Assembly (NCBI GenBank): GCA_900234795.1
Contig: LT962688.1
Span: forward strand, 5,550,001-5,582,000
DNA: 32,000 nucleotides
Direction: 5' to 3'
Source: Methylorubrum extorquens
GTDB taxonomy: Bacteria > Pseudomonadota > Alphaproteobacteria > Rhizobiales > Beijerinckiaceae
Within the stretch, counting starts at the first letter, position 1; each line of letters starts with the position of its first letter. The position numbers and the translations under genes are program-made. Of the stretch, positions 21,919 to 30,101 are shown in pieces. The notes beneath the pieces were generated by a model that saw nothing but the letters and a program-made list of their open reading frames with translations, ran no database searches and was not told the DNA's origin.

Positions 21919-21978
21919 GCGCCGAACCGGCAGCCGGTTCGGCGCGAAAAACCCTCCGAACCGAGCGGGCCGAACCGG
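21919..21978. repeat. fabA-fabB intergenic repeat cluster: perfect 12-bp hairpin plus CCGAACCG repeats
   Basis: GCGCCGAACCGG (21919-21930) and CCGGTTCGGCGC (21934-21945) with a 3-nt loop. CCGAACCG recurs directly at 21922, 21956 and 21970, and inverted at 21935-21942. Confidence 0.6.
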
Positions 21979-21980
21979 TC

Positions 21981-22520
21981 TCAGGCCCGGAAGAGCGCCA
22001 CGCGCAGGTCGTTCGCCTCGTAGATGCGCCGGCCATCGGCCTCGAGCCACCCGTCGGCGATCCCGAGCACGAGCTTGCCCTGACGCACGCGCTTGATGTC
22101 GATGCCGTAGACGACCTGCTTGACGGTCGGCAGCACCTGATCGGTGAACTTCACCTCGCCAACGCCGAGCGCCCGGCCGCGACCCAGTGCGCCGAGCCAG
22201 CCGAGATGGAAGCCGACGAGCTGCCACAGGGCGTCGAGCCCGAGACAGCCGGGCATCACCGGATCGTCCTTGAAGTGGCAGGGGAAGAACCAGAGGTCCG
22301 GCCGGATGTCGAACTCGGCCAGCACGTGGCCCTTGCCGTGGGCGCCGCCCTCGGTCCCGATCGAGGTGATCCGGTCGAACATCAGCATTGGCGGAAGCGG
22401 AAGCTGAGCGTTGCCCGCTCCGAACAGCTCACCGCGCCCGCAGGCCAGGAGATCCTCGTAGGAGAAGCTCGAAGCGCGCTGCGGAGAAGCACCGTCGGAT
22501 TGCTGGTCGAGAGAGGCCAT
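21981..22520 (-). CDS. fabA: 3-hydroxydecanoyl-ACP dehydratase/isomerase FabA, 179 aa
   Basis: [86 protein letters not shown] is the canonical FabA sequence with the active-site His in FFxCHF. The start was moved to ATG at complement of 22518-22520. Confidence 0.93.
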   Translation of the reverse strand: MASLDQQSDGASPQRASSFSYEDLLACGRGELFGAGNAQLPLPPMLMFDRITSIGTEGGAHGKGHVLAEFDIRPDLWFFPCHFKDDPVMPGCLGLDALWQLVGFHLGWLGALGRGRALGVGEVKFTDQVLPTVKQVVYGIDIKRVRQGKLVLGIADGWLEADGRRIYEANDLRVALFRA

Positions 22521-22796
22521 GGATGACGTACGGGTCCTCGGTGACGGACGGGTCCGATGCGAGCGAACGGACGAGGCGTGATGGAATGGGCGCCTCGTTA
22601 GCACAGCCTCCGCGCGCCCACAAAGCGGCGCCTGCGCAATACCTATGCTCGGTCGACGCTCGGCGAATCGACCAGAGCCATGCACCATCCACGTATCAAC
22701 CCGGTGTCGACATCGGCATGGGTTGCCGCAGGGCTCCATGATCCGTATAATTTCTACGCTATACTCATTCTAAATAACTGGGAATCGTTCCCGACG
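22521..22796. promoter_or_regulatory. Divergent fabA / irr control region with an AT-rich core
   Basis: A 276-nt gap separates divergent genes. The AT-rich tract 22741-22790 (ATCCGTATAATTTCTACGCTATACTCATTCTAAATAACTGGGAATCG) contains TATAAT-like hexamers and TTCTA direct repeats. No operator could be assigned with confidence. Confidence 0.4.
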
Positions 22797-23297
22797 ATGT
22801 CCGACTTGATGCCTCTCCAGGCCGTGCTGAACGCACGGTCCGCCTCGCCGGGCGACGCTAGCGGCCGTCGGGGCTGTCCCCTCTCCGACCTGCGCGATCG
22901 CTTGCGCCGGGCCGGCCTGCGCCCGACCCGTCAGCGCCTCTCGCTGGGCTGGCTCCTGTTCGGCCGCGGCGACCGCCACCTGACGGCGGAAATGCTCTAC
23001 GACGAGGCGATGCGCGCCAAGGTGCCAGTCTCGCTGGCGACCGTCTACAACACGTTGCATCAGTTCACCGAGGCAGGCCTGCTGCGCCAGCTCGCGCTCG
23101 ATGGCTCGAAGGCCTATTTCGACACGAACCCGACCGAGCATCACCACTTCTTCTTCGAGGAAGAGGGCGAGGTTCTCGATATGCCGGAATGCGGCATCTC
23201 GGTCGATTCGCTGCCCGACGCGCCCGAGGGCATGGAGATTGCCGGCGTCGAAGTGATCGTGCGCCTGCGCCGCCGCAAGGTGTCCGGACGCGCCTAA
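22797..23297 (+). CDS. irr: Fur-family iron response regulator Irr, 166 aa
   Basis: Fur-family winged helix (LRPTRQRLSLGWLLFGRGDRHLTAEMLYDEAMRAKVPVSLATVYNTLHQFTEAGLL). Irr-specific features are present: the HHH motif (NPTEHHHFFFEE) and an N-terminal Cys-Pro (RRGCPLSD) resembling the heme regulatory motif. It sits next to fabA, as I recall for other Rhizobiales. Confidence 0.82.
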   Translation: MSDLMPLQAVLNARSASPGDASGRRGCPLSDLRDRLRRAGLRPTRQRLSLGWLLFGRGDRHLTAEMLYDEAMRAKVPVSLATVYNTLHQFTEAGLLRQLALDGSKAYFDTNPTEHHHFFFEEEGEVLDMPECGISVDSLPDAPEGMEIAGVEVIVRLRRRKVSGRA

Positions 23298-23322
23298 TCC
23301 GACGGCGCCCGATTTCGAGACG

Positions 23323-23352
23323 AAAAAAGGCCCGGATGTACGGGCCTTTTTC
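23323..23352. terminator. Bidirectional rho-independent terminator between convergent irr and the SH3-like gene
   Basis: AAAAAAGGCCCG-GATGTA-CGGGCCTTTTTC. A GC stem is flanked by an A-run on one side and a T-run on the other. Confidence 0.8.
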
Positions 23353-23380
23353 ATGTCGATTCGCGGCGCGGCGGGTCGGC

Positions 23381-23950
23381 CTACTCCACCCGCTCGTCGG
23401 GGTAGACGCCCCATAACCGGCTCTGGCGGATGTAGCCGTCGACGTCGCCGCGCTTGTCCGGCAGCGGCACCACGAGGCGGCACCATGAGCCGGTACATCC
23501 TTTCACGCTGCCGATGACGCCGGGCTGCAGCCGCGCCTGCTCGGCCGACTGCTCGTCGGCGCGGGCGGTCAGCGGAACCGTCGCCTTGGCGGAATCGGCC
23601 CGTTCGCCCGACGGGGGAATCACCACGGCGGTCCGGCGGCCCGAGAGCAGCGAGTGCAAGACCCAGCCCTCCGTCCCTTCGGAATCGCGGATGCGGCGCC
23701 AAGTCTCGAACTCGGCGACGATCTCGACCGGCAGGCCCTCCCGCTGGAAGACCCACAGGGTTCTGTGATCCTTCGAGGGCCCCTCGCGCAGGTTGACGCG
23801 GTTGGTCTTCAGGCTGGCGTAGCGCGGCAGGGGCAGCTTGGTCACGGGCCCCTTGCCGACCTCCGGCGCGGGAGCCGGCGCGGCCTCGGCCGTCAGAGGT
23901 ATCAACAGGGCGAACAGGGCCGCGAGCAGCGCGAGGCGCGCGGGGTTCAT
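23381..23950 (-). CDS. Exported SH3-like domain protein (DUF1058-type), 189 aa
   Basis: Signal peptide MNPARLALLAALFALLIPLTAEA, then PRYASLKTNRVNLREGPSKDHRTLWVFQREGLPVEIVAEFETWRRIRDSEGTEGWVLHSLLS and a second SH3-like half (GVIGSVKGCTGSWCRLVV..GYIRQSRLWGVYPDE). Start at the internal ATG (complement of 23948-23950). Confidence 0.8.
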   Translation of the reverse strand: MNPARLALLAALFALLIPLTAEAAPAPAPEVGKGPVTKLPLPRYASLKTNRVNLREGPSKDHRTLWVFQREGLPVEIVAEFETWRRIRDSEGTEGWVLHSLLSGRRTAVVIPPSGERADSAKATVPLTARADEQSAEQARLQPGVIGSVKGCTGSWCRLVVPLPDKRGDVDGYIRQSRLWGVYPDERVE

Positions 23951-24300
23951 CGGGGGAAGCTCAGGCGGGCGCATCGTGCCTCGTCTCCGATCCGTGTCTC
24001 CAAAGTCGGTCCAGCGGTGGCGTTTCGGCGCGTGCTGGGGCACAGGCCGGAAACCTCCATGGGTCGGCGCAGGATCGGCCGGCCCTCCGGCACTGATCCA
24101 TCCGGGCCAGGGCCGCATTGTGTTCGCCGACCTCTCTGATAGAGAGGCCGAACGTCCTGCAGCGGACCGGGGAACCGGTCCGCCTTCCGCTCCATCTGGC
24201 CGCGCCATGGTTAAGGGAGCGTAAGCCGACCCCTCGCGGCATAGCGGGGTGGCGTCCGGCGCAGGCACAGGAATGCGGGCCGCCTCGTCGGGGAGGGAAC

Positions 24301-25305
24301 ATGTCGTCGTTGAAGCGCAAGCCGCTGGTGGTCGTCACGCGGCGTCTGCCGGACGCCGTCGAGACGCGCATGCGCGAATTGTTCGATACCCGCCTCAACC
24401 ACGATGATGCGCCGCTCTCGCAGGAGGCGCTCTCGGCCGCGATTCGCGAAGCCGACGTGCTCGTGCCCACCGTGACCGACGAGATCGGGGCCGGATTGCT
24501 CGCGCAGGCGGGGCCGAACCTGCGGCTCATCGCCAATTTCGGCAACGGCGTCGATCACATCGACGTCGCCGGAGCGCTGGAGCGCGGCATCACGGTCACC
24601 AACACGCCCGGCGTGCTGACCGAGGACACCGCCGACATGACCATGGCGCTGATCCTGGCGGTCGCCCGCCGTCTCGCGGAAGGTGCGCGCATCATCCCCG
24701 ACGACGATTGGACCACGGGATGGTCGCCGACCTGGATGCTCGGCCGCCGCATCACGGGCAAGCGCCTCGGCATCGTCGGCATGGGCCGCATCGGCCAGGC
24801 GCTCGCCCGCCGCGCCAAGGCTTTCGGTCTGTCGATCCACTACCACAACCGCCGCCGCGTGCCCTCGCATATCGAGGAATCGCTCGATGCGACCTACTGG
24901 GAATCCCTCGACCAGATGCTGGCCCGGGTCGATATCGTCTCGGTCAACTGCCCGCACACGCCCGCGACCTATCACCTGCTCTCGGCCCGCCGCCTGAAGC
25001 TGCTCAAGCCCGAGGCGATCGTCGTCAACACCGCCCGCGGCGAGGTGATCGACGAGAACGCGCTCGCGCGCCTGATCGAGGGGGGCGAGATCTCGGCCGC
25101 CGGCCTCGACGTGTTCGAGCAGGAGCCGGCGGTGAGCCCGCGTCTCGTGCGGCTCGCCCGCACCGGCAAGGTCGTGCTGCTGCCGCATATGGGCTCGGCG
25201 ACGCATGAGAGCCGCACCGACATGGGCGAGAAGGTCATCATCAACATCAAGACCTTCATGGATGGCCACCGTCCGCCGGACCGGATCCTTCCGAGCATGC
25301 TCTGA
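24301..25305 (+). CDS. D-isomer-specific 2-hydroxyacid dehydrogenase (glyoxylate/hydroxypyruvate reductase-like), 334 aa
   Basis: GNGVDHIDV..TNTPGVLTEDTADMTMALILAV, the NAD-binding GxGxxG motif (LGIVGMGRIGQALARRA), and the catalytic region NTARGEVIDENAL..AGLDVFEQEP..LLPHMGSAT. SD GGGGAGGGA precedes ATG 24301. Confidence 0.88.
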   Translation: MSSLKRKPLVVVTRRLPDAVETRMRELFDTRLNHDDAPLSQEALSAAIREADVLVPTVTDEIGAGLLAQAGPNLRLIANFGNGVDHIDVAGALERGITVTNTPGVLTEDTADMTMALILAVARRLAEGARIIPDDDWTTGWSPTWMLGRRITGKRLGIVGMGRIGQALARRAKAFGLSIHYHNRRRVPSHIEESLDATYWESLDQMLARVDIVSVNCPHTPATYHLLSARRLKLLKPEAIVVNTARGEVIDENALARLIEGGEISAAGLDVFEQEPAVSPRLVRLARTGKVVLLPHMGSATHESRTDMGEKVIINIKTFMDGHRPPDRILPSML

Positions 25306-25483
25306 CGGCGGGCCGGAACTCGTTCGCTGCGGCGCTGAAGGCCTGCCTCGGCTCCGCCCCGCAGCGACGGGGCGGAGAGCGCGTAACGCCATCACGAGCT
25401 GTCGGGCGCATCCGTTCAGAGGCGCGGTGAGGCCGATTGTGCCTAGCCTCGAAAACCGCGGGCAATTCGTCTGAAGGCTCCCC

Positions 25484-26497
25484 TTAGCCCAGCATCGACG
25501 GCACGCGATCCGTGCGGATAGCCGCCTTGGCCCAGGCCGAGTCGACATCCATCTGCGCGATCAGCGCCTCGGCGCTCGAAAACTTCTCCTCGCCACGCAG
25601 ATAAGCCAGCAACTCGACGGCGACCTCCTGCCCGTAGAGATCGCCCCTGAAGTCGAACAGGTGCACCTCGAGGAGCGGCGCGCCGTCGTCGAAGGTCGGG
25701 CGACGGCCGTAGCTCGCCACGCCGTCGTGCAGGCTGCCGTCGGCCAGGCGCACCCGCACCACGTAGATGCCATGGGCGAGCCCGCAGGATTCGAGGGCGA
25801 GGTTGGCCGTGGGGTAGCCCAGGGTGCGTCCGCGCTTGTCGCCGTGGCGCACCTGGGCCAGCACGAACCAGCGATAGCCGAGAAGGTCGTTGGCCCGCGC
25901 CACGTCGCCGGATGCGAGAGCAGCGCGGATCGCGCTCGACGAGATCGGTGCGTCGCCGGGATCGGCCGAGACCGCGGGGACGATGCGGCAGGACAGGCCG
26001 GCCTCAGCGCACAGCTCGGCGAGCGTCCCCGGCGAGCCCTCGCGTCCGCGGCCGAAATGGAAATCGTGGCCGATCACGACGCCGGACAAACCGAGCCCGT
26101 CACGCAGCCAGCCCTCCACGAAATCCCGGGCGCTGGTGCCGGCAAGCCGCTCATCGAACCGGCGCACGATCAGGCCGTCGAGACCGAGGCGCGCGAACAC
26201 GATCTCCTTGGCGCTGGGGCCGGTGAGACGGAACATCGGCTGATCGGGTGCGAAGAAGGCGCGCGGATGCGGCTCGAAGGTCAGCACGGCGGCAGGGTGT
26301 GACCCGGCCTCGGCGCGCACCGCCTCGATCAGCGTGCGGTGGCCGCGATGGACGCCATCGAAGTTCCCGAGCGCGGCGACGGCACCCGCCAGCGCGGGAG
26401 GCACCGGGTCGTCCTCGCGGCAGACCGTGAAGGGTCTCGAAGAGGGGCGGAGGCCGGTCCCGGCGGGCGGCACGGCGTTCTCATCGCCTGAGGGCAT
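25484..26497 (-). CDS. ribF: Bifunctional riboflavin kinase / FAD synthetase RibF; start uncertain (26497 or 26551)
   Basis: AALGNFDGVHRGHRTLI (FMN adenylyltransferase motif), ..GHDFHFGRGREG.., and the riboflavin kinase half RGRTLGYPTANL..GIYVVRV..GRRPTF..LEVHLFDFRGDLYGQEV.VELL.YLRGEEKF. ATG 26497 follows GGAG; the longer form starts at ATG 26551. Confidence 0.88.
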   Translation of the reverse strand: MPSGDENAVPPAGTGLRPSSRPFTVCREDDPVPPALAGAVAALGNFDGVHRGHRTLIEAVRAEAGSHPAAVLTFEPHPRAFFAPDQPMFRLTGPSAKEIVFARLGLDGLIVRRFDERLAGTSARDFVEGWLRDGLGLSGVVIGHDFHFGRGREGSPGTLAELCAEAGLSCRIVPAVSADPGDAPISSSAIRAALASGDVARANDLLGYRWFVLAQVRHGDKRGRTLGYPTANLALESCGLAHGIYVVRVRLADGSLHDGVASYGRRPTFDDGAPLLEVHLFDFRGDLYGQEVAVELLAYLRGEEKFSSAEALIAQMDVDSAWAKAAIRTDRVPSMLG

Positions 26498-26803
26498 CGG
26501 CTCCTGCGATCGAATGTCTGCGAGTCTCAAGGGATTGTCGGCTGGGAGCATCGACGGGAAGCGTCGGCGCGGCCGGGCTCGTCCGCCTCGTCCCCGCGCG
26601 GCGGGAGAGCGGCGGGAGACTTGGCGAAATCAGTCTCTCGGGTCAAGCGAGGGAGAAGGGCGCGGGATTAACTGCTTCGCAATCCGCGCCACCTATTGTC
26701 TGGGAACGGAAGGCAGCTCCGCTCGCACGCGTCGATGCGACGTAGATCGCTCGAGAGAGCCGCGCCGCCAGTATCGATCAGGGACAAACGGAGCAATCGT
26801 CAT

Positions 26804-27187
26804 ATGGCCCTCGACCTCAGCATGCCTATCCTGGTGGTCGACGACTACCAGACCATGGTGCGTATCATCCGCAACCTCCTCAAGCAGCTTGGCTTCGAGG
26901 ACGTGGATGATGCCTCCGACGGCACCGCCGCACTGGCGCGCCTGAAGGGCCGCAAGTACGGCCTCGTCATCTCGGATTGGAACATGGAGCCGATGACCGG
27001 CTACGAGCTTCTGCGCCATGTCCGCGCCGACGAGGGCCTGCGCACGACGCCGTTCATAATGGTCACCGCCGAGTCGAAGACCGAGAACGTCATCGCCGCC
27101 AAGAAGGCCGGCGTGAACAACTACATCGTCAAGCCCTTCAATGCCGCCACCCTCAAGTCGAAGATCGAGGCGGTCTGCGGCGCCTGA
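26804..27187 (+). CDS. cheY: Single-domain chemotaxis response regulator CheY, 127 aa
   Basis: ILVVDDYQTMVRIIRNLLKQLGF..GLVISDWNMEPMTGYELLRHVRAD..PFIMVTAESK..AGVNNYIVKPF. All phospho-acceptor pocket residues and the CheY-type DWNMP-like signature are present. Confidence 0.88.
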   Translation: MALDLSMPILVVDDYQTMVRIIRNLLKQLGFEDVDDASDGTAALARLKGRKYGLVISDWNMEPMTGYELLRHVRADEGLRTTPFIMVTAESKTENVIAAKKAGVNNYIVKPFNAATLKSKIEAVCGA

Positions 27188-27370
27188 TCGCACGATCCGC
27201 CGGTGGACCGTCGCGCTGAACAGAGGCGCGCCGAGTGAAAACGAGCGGACTGAAACGGTCACGAGAGCCGATCCCGGCCGTCATGCCGTCGGGGTCGGAG
27301 CAGGAGGAGCGGCCGTCCCTGCGGGTGGCCGTCAACGGATCGAACACGAGAACGTCGCGAGAGATCGCCC

Positions 27371-27907
27371 ATGAAAATGATGGCAACGGCACGCGACGGC
27401 CGGTCGCAGAACTCCCACCCGTCGGCGATGGTGAAGGAACTTCTCGACATCGCGGACTACATCGCCAGTCTGCGGGACGCGATCGCGATCCTGCGGGCCA
27501 ACGAGCTGACGCGTGACCGTCTGCCGATGGTCCACGAGGAGCTGAGCGAGGTGGTGGCGGCGACGGCCGGCGCGACCAATTCGATCATGAGCACCGCGGA
27601 AGCCGTGCTCGCCCTGCGCGATGGGCCGGGCTACCGGGACGCGGTCGAGGCCAAGATCTACGACATCTTCGAGGCCTGCACCTTCCAGGACATCACCGGC
27701 CAGCGCATCGCCAAGGTGGCGGAGGCGATGAGCCAGCTCGAAGGACGGCTCGCCCGCTTCACCGCCGCCGTGAAAGCCCGCGACGCGGCCGGCATCGATG
27801 AGACCGAAGCCGACCGGCGCAAGCGCAACGAGTCGCTCCTGCTCAACGGGCCACAGATGGGCGGTCCCGCGACAGCGCAGGATGCCATCGACGCCCTGTT
27901 CGCCTGA
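27371..27907 (+). CDS. cheZ: CheZ-like CheY-P phosphatase, 178 aa
   Basis: The central helix carries ACTFQDITGQRIAKV, which is the D-x3-Q catalytic motif as in E. coli CheZ (QDLTGQ). The acidic/amphipathic C-terminal peptide ATAQDAIDALFA resembles the CheY-binding tail. It lies 183 nt downstream of cheY. Confidence 0.75.
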   Translation: MKMMATARDGRSQNSHPSAMVKELLDIADYIASLRDAIAILRANELTRDRLPMVHEELSEVVAATAGATNSIMSTAEAVLALRDGPGYRDAVEAKIYDIFEACTFQDITGQRIAKVAEAMSQLEGRLARFTAAVKARDAAGIDETEADRRKRNESLLLNGPQMGGPATAQDAIDALFA

Positions 27908-28077
27908 CCCACGGGACAAGCGGACCCTGGATCGGCGCGGCCTCGGACGGGGCTGAGATCGGCCGGCCGTTACGGCCAAGCTGCCTTGTTCCGAACATCG
28001 CCGTTGCGAAAAGCCGTCAAGGTCATCCCTGAAAAAGGGTGCGGGATCCGAGCTCGGGATTCCGCAGGGGCTGGACC

Positions 28078-28305
28078 ATGGCGAACTCCGATCTGCTGCC
28101 CGATCGCGCATCCGGCGATGCCCTCGACCGCGCCCGCGCGCAGGGGCAGATGCACCATTCCATCGCGACGACGCTTCTCGTGATCGCGGCCGCCCGCGCC
28201 GAGCGCGCGGCGCCTCCGGTCCATGCGGCGCGCCAGCGTCTGGCGAAAATCTACGGAGCCTCCCGGCTGCGCAAGCGGATGGAGCGCGACGCCGCGCGGG
28301 GCTGA
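28078..28305 (+). CDS. Small hypothetical protein, 75 aa (weak call)
   Basis: MANSDLLPDRASGDALDRARAQGQMHHSIATTLLVIAAARAERAAPPVHAARQRLAKIYGASRLRKRMERDAARG. GC3 is moderate to high. No family is recognised and the SD is weak. It fills the cheZ-EAL gap. Confidence 0.3.
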   Translation: MANSDLLPDRASGDALDRARAQGQMHHSIATTLLVIAAARAERAAPPVHAARQRLAKIYGASRLRKRMERDAARG

Positions 28306-28339
28306 ACCTCCTCCACCGACGTCGCGCCCCCGGCCGGTT

Positions 28340-29871
28340 TCACCCGGCTCTTCGCAGAAAATCCCGGAACGGGCGACGCTGCGGCGGCGGGCTCGGCGGT
28401 GGATCGGGGGAGGGCGGTGGCGGCGGCGCCGCCTCGGGCGAGGCCGAGAGCACCTCCGACCGCACGGCACGCGGGGCGGCGAACACCCCGCCTTGCGCCA
28501 GCGGCACGTCGAGATCGATCAGGTCCGGCACCTCCGTCTCGGCCTCGACCCCGGTCGCGACGAGCCGAATTCCGGCCCGCGCCAGGGATGTCACCAGATC
28601 CTCCAGGGCGATATCCGGCCGCGCCTCCCGGTCGAGCGGTCGCAGCAGCAGCGCGGCCGCGACCTTGACCTGCGTGATGCCGCGCTCGGCCAGAGCGGTC
28701 GGGTCGAACCGCAGGTCGATCGGGCGATCCATCACGAAGCCGATCCGCCCGCGCAGGCCCGCCAAAAGGGCGGCTTGCTCCGCATCGAGGCTGCGCCAGC
28801 TCGATTGCGGCAGGGCGATCACGACGCGGCCCGCGAGTTCCGGCCCTTCGCTGACGAGCCGGCCGAGGGGAGCGCAGGAAGCCCGGCTCGAACAGCGAAT
28901 GCGGCGTCAGGCTGTAGCTGACCGAGGCCGGGCTGCCGCGCCCCTGGAGATGGCGCGCGATCGTCGCGACGCGCTGGAGCATGCGCCGGTCGAGCGCGGT
29001 CGTGCGGCCGTGCCGCTCCAGGACGGGCAGGAACGTCTCCGGCGCGTAGACCGCGTCGCCGACCTTGAGCCGCGCCAGCGCTTCGTAGGCGACGACCTTG
29101 CGCTGCGGCAGGGTGACGACCGGCTGCAGGAACACTTCCAGTCCCTCGCCGTCGAAGGCCTCGATCAGCAATGCCGCGTCGGCGTCGGTGGCGAAATGAT
29201 CGGAGGGACGGGCCGCCGGCAGGGTCGTGCGGGGCACGAGCCGCATCGGCGGGGCCACCGGTTCCATCTCGGGGGGAGGGGGCGCGGCCGGCACCGGGCG
29301 CGGCCGGACCGGCTCCGGCGCCGCCTGCGGAACCGGCTTCGGCTGGGGAGCCTGCGCCTGGACCCTCAGGCGGGCGATGTCGCCGTCCTGCGACGCCACC
29401 ACCGCGGCGAGTTCCCGGACGATGCCGCTGAGGATGCCGATCTCGGCAGTCACCTCCTCGATCCCGGCATCGAACCGTGCGTCGAGCGCCTTGACCGCCT
29501 CGTCCGGCGGTCGCGCCGACCCGTCGGCCGTCGCCGAATCCTGCATCCGCGACTGGATCAGGGCCGCCGTGACGGCTTCCAGCTTCACGAGGCGCTGGGA
29601 GAGGACGCCGATCTCCTTTTGAGACGACCTCCTGCGCGACGGCGAAGGCGGAAAGCCGCCGCCACAGCAGCGCTCCGCCGACGATCGCGAGGCCGGACAC
29701 GGAGGCGACGGCGGCGAGCGGGAGGATCAGCGCCAGCGGAACGAGGACCAGGACGCCGATGAGGCCGAGGATCCAGGGGGTGCCGCGCGGGCGGATCGTT
29801 CGGGCTTTCGGCGTTTTCACCGTCGATCGACGCGTTTCTGTCTGGCGGCCGCGGCCGGGCTTCTCATTCAC
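28340..29871 (-). pseudogene. TipF-like membrane protein (2 TM helices, coiled coil, degenerate EAL domain) interrupted by two +1 frameshifts (or assembly indels)
   Basis: Three consecutive minus-strand frames each carry a protein-like piece. (a) 29871 to about 29620: ..RGTPWILGLIGVLVLVPLALILPLAAVASVSGLAIVGGALLWRRLSAFAVAQEVVS. (b) about 29618 to 28875: KEIGVLSQRLVKLEAVTAALIQ..EIGILSGIVRELAAVVASQDGDIARLRVQ..GLEVFLQPVVTLPQRKVVAYEALARL..PETFLPVLERHGRTTALDRRMLQ..VSYSLTPHSLFEPGFL. (c) about 28870 to 28340: APLGRLVSEGPELAGRVVIALPQSSW..IGFVMDRPID..ITQVKVAAALL..AGIRLVATGVEAETEVPDLIDLDVPLAQGGVFAAP. The N-terminal start (GTG at 29871) is a guess. Confidence 0.65.
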
Positions 29872-30101
29872 GCTGCGACGCGAGCGCCCGCAGAACGTGT
29901 GGGTAAAACGCGCCGGATCGCATGTGAGGACGCATCCGGCTCGTCGTAACCCTAATGTCGCCGACGCCGCGCCCCGCCGCAAGGCGGCATCATAGGTTTC
30001 TCCCGTTCATTCGGCCCGAACGCGCCGTGTGCTTGCCGCGCGCGATCCCGAAGCCACATCTGCGGAGGCGCGTCGGCACCCGGCGGGCAGCCAAGGAGAC
30101 G

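Noticed and set aside
22751-22774. Irr ICE box or Fur box in the irr-fabA promoter
   Set aside because: Only one half-site (TTCTAAA) matches the ICE consensus TTTAGAA-N3-TTCTAAA. The position where the other half should be reads GCTATAC.
24211-25548. 445-aa minus-strand ORF
   Set aside because: Antisense to the 2-hydroxyacid dehydrogenase gene, with no motifs and biased composition.
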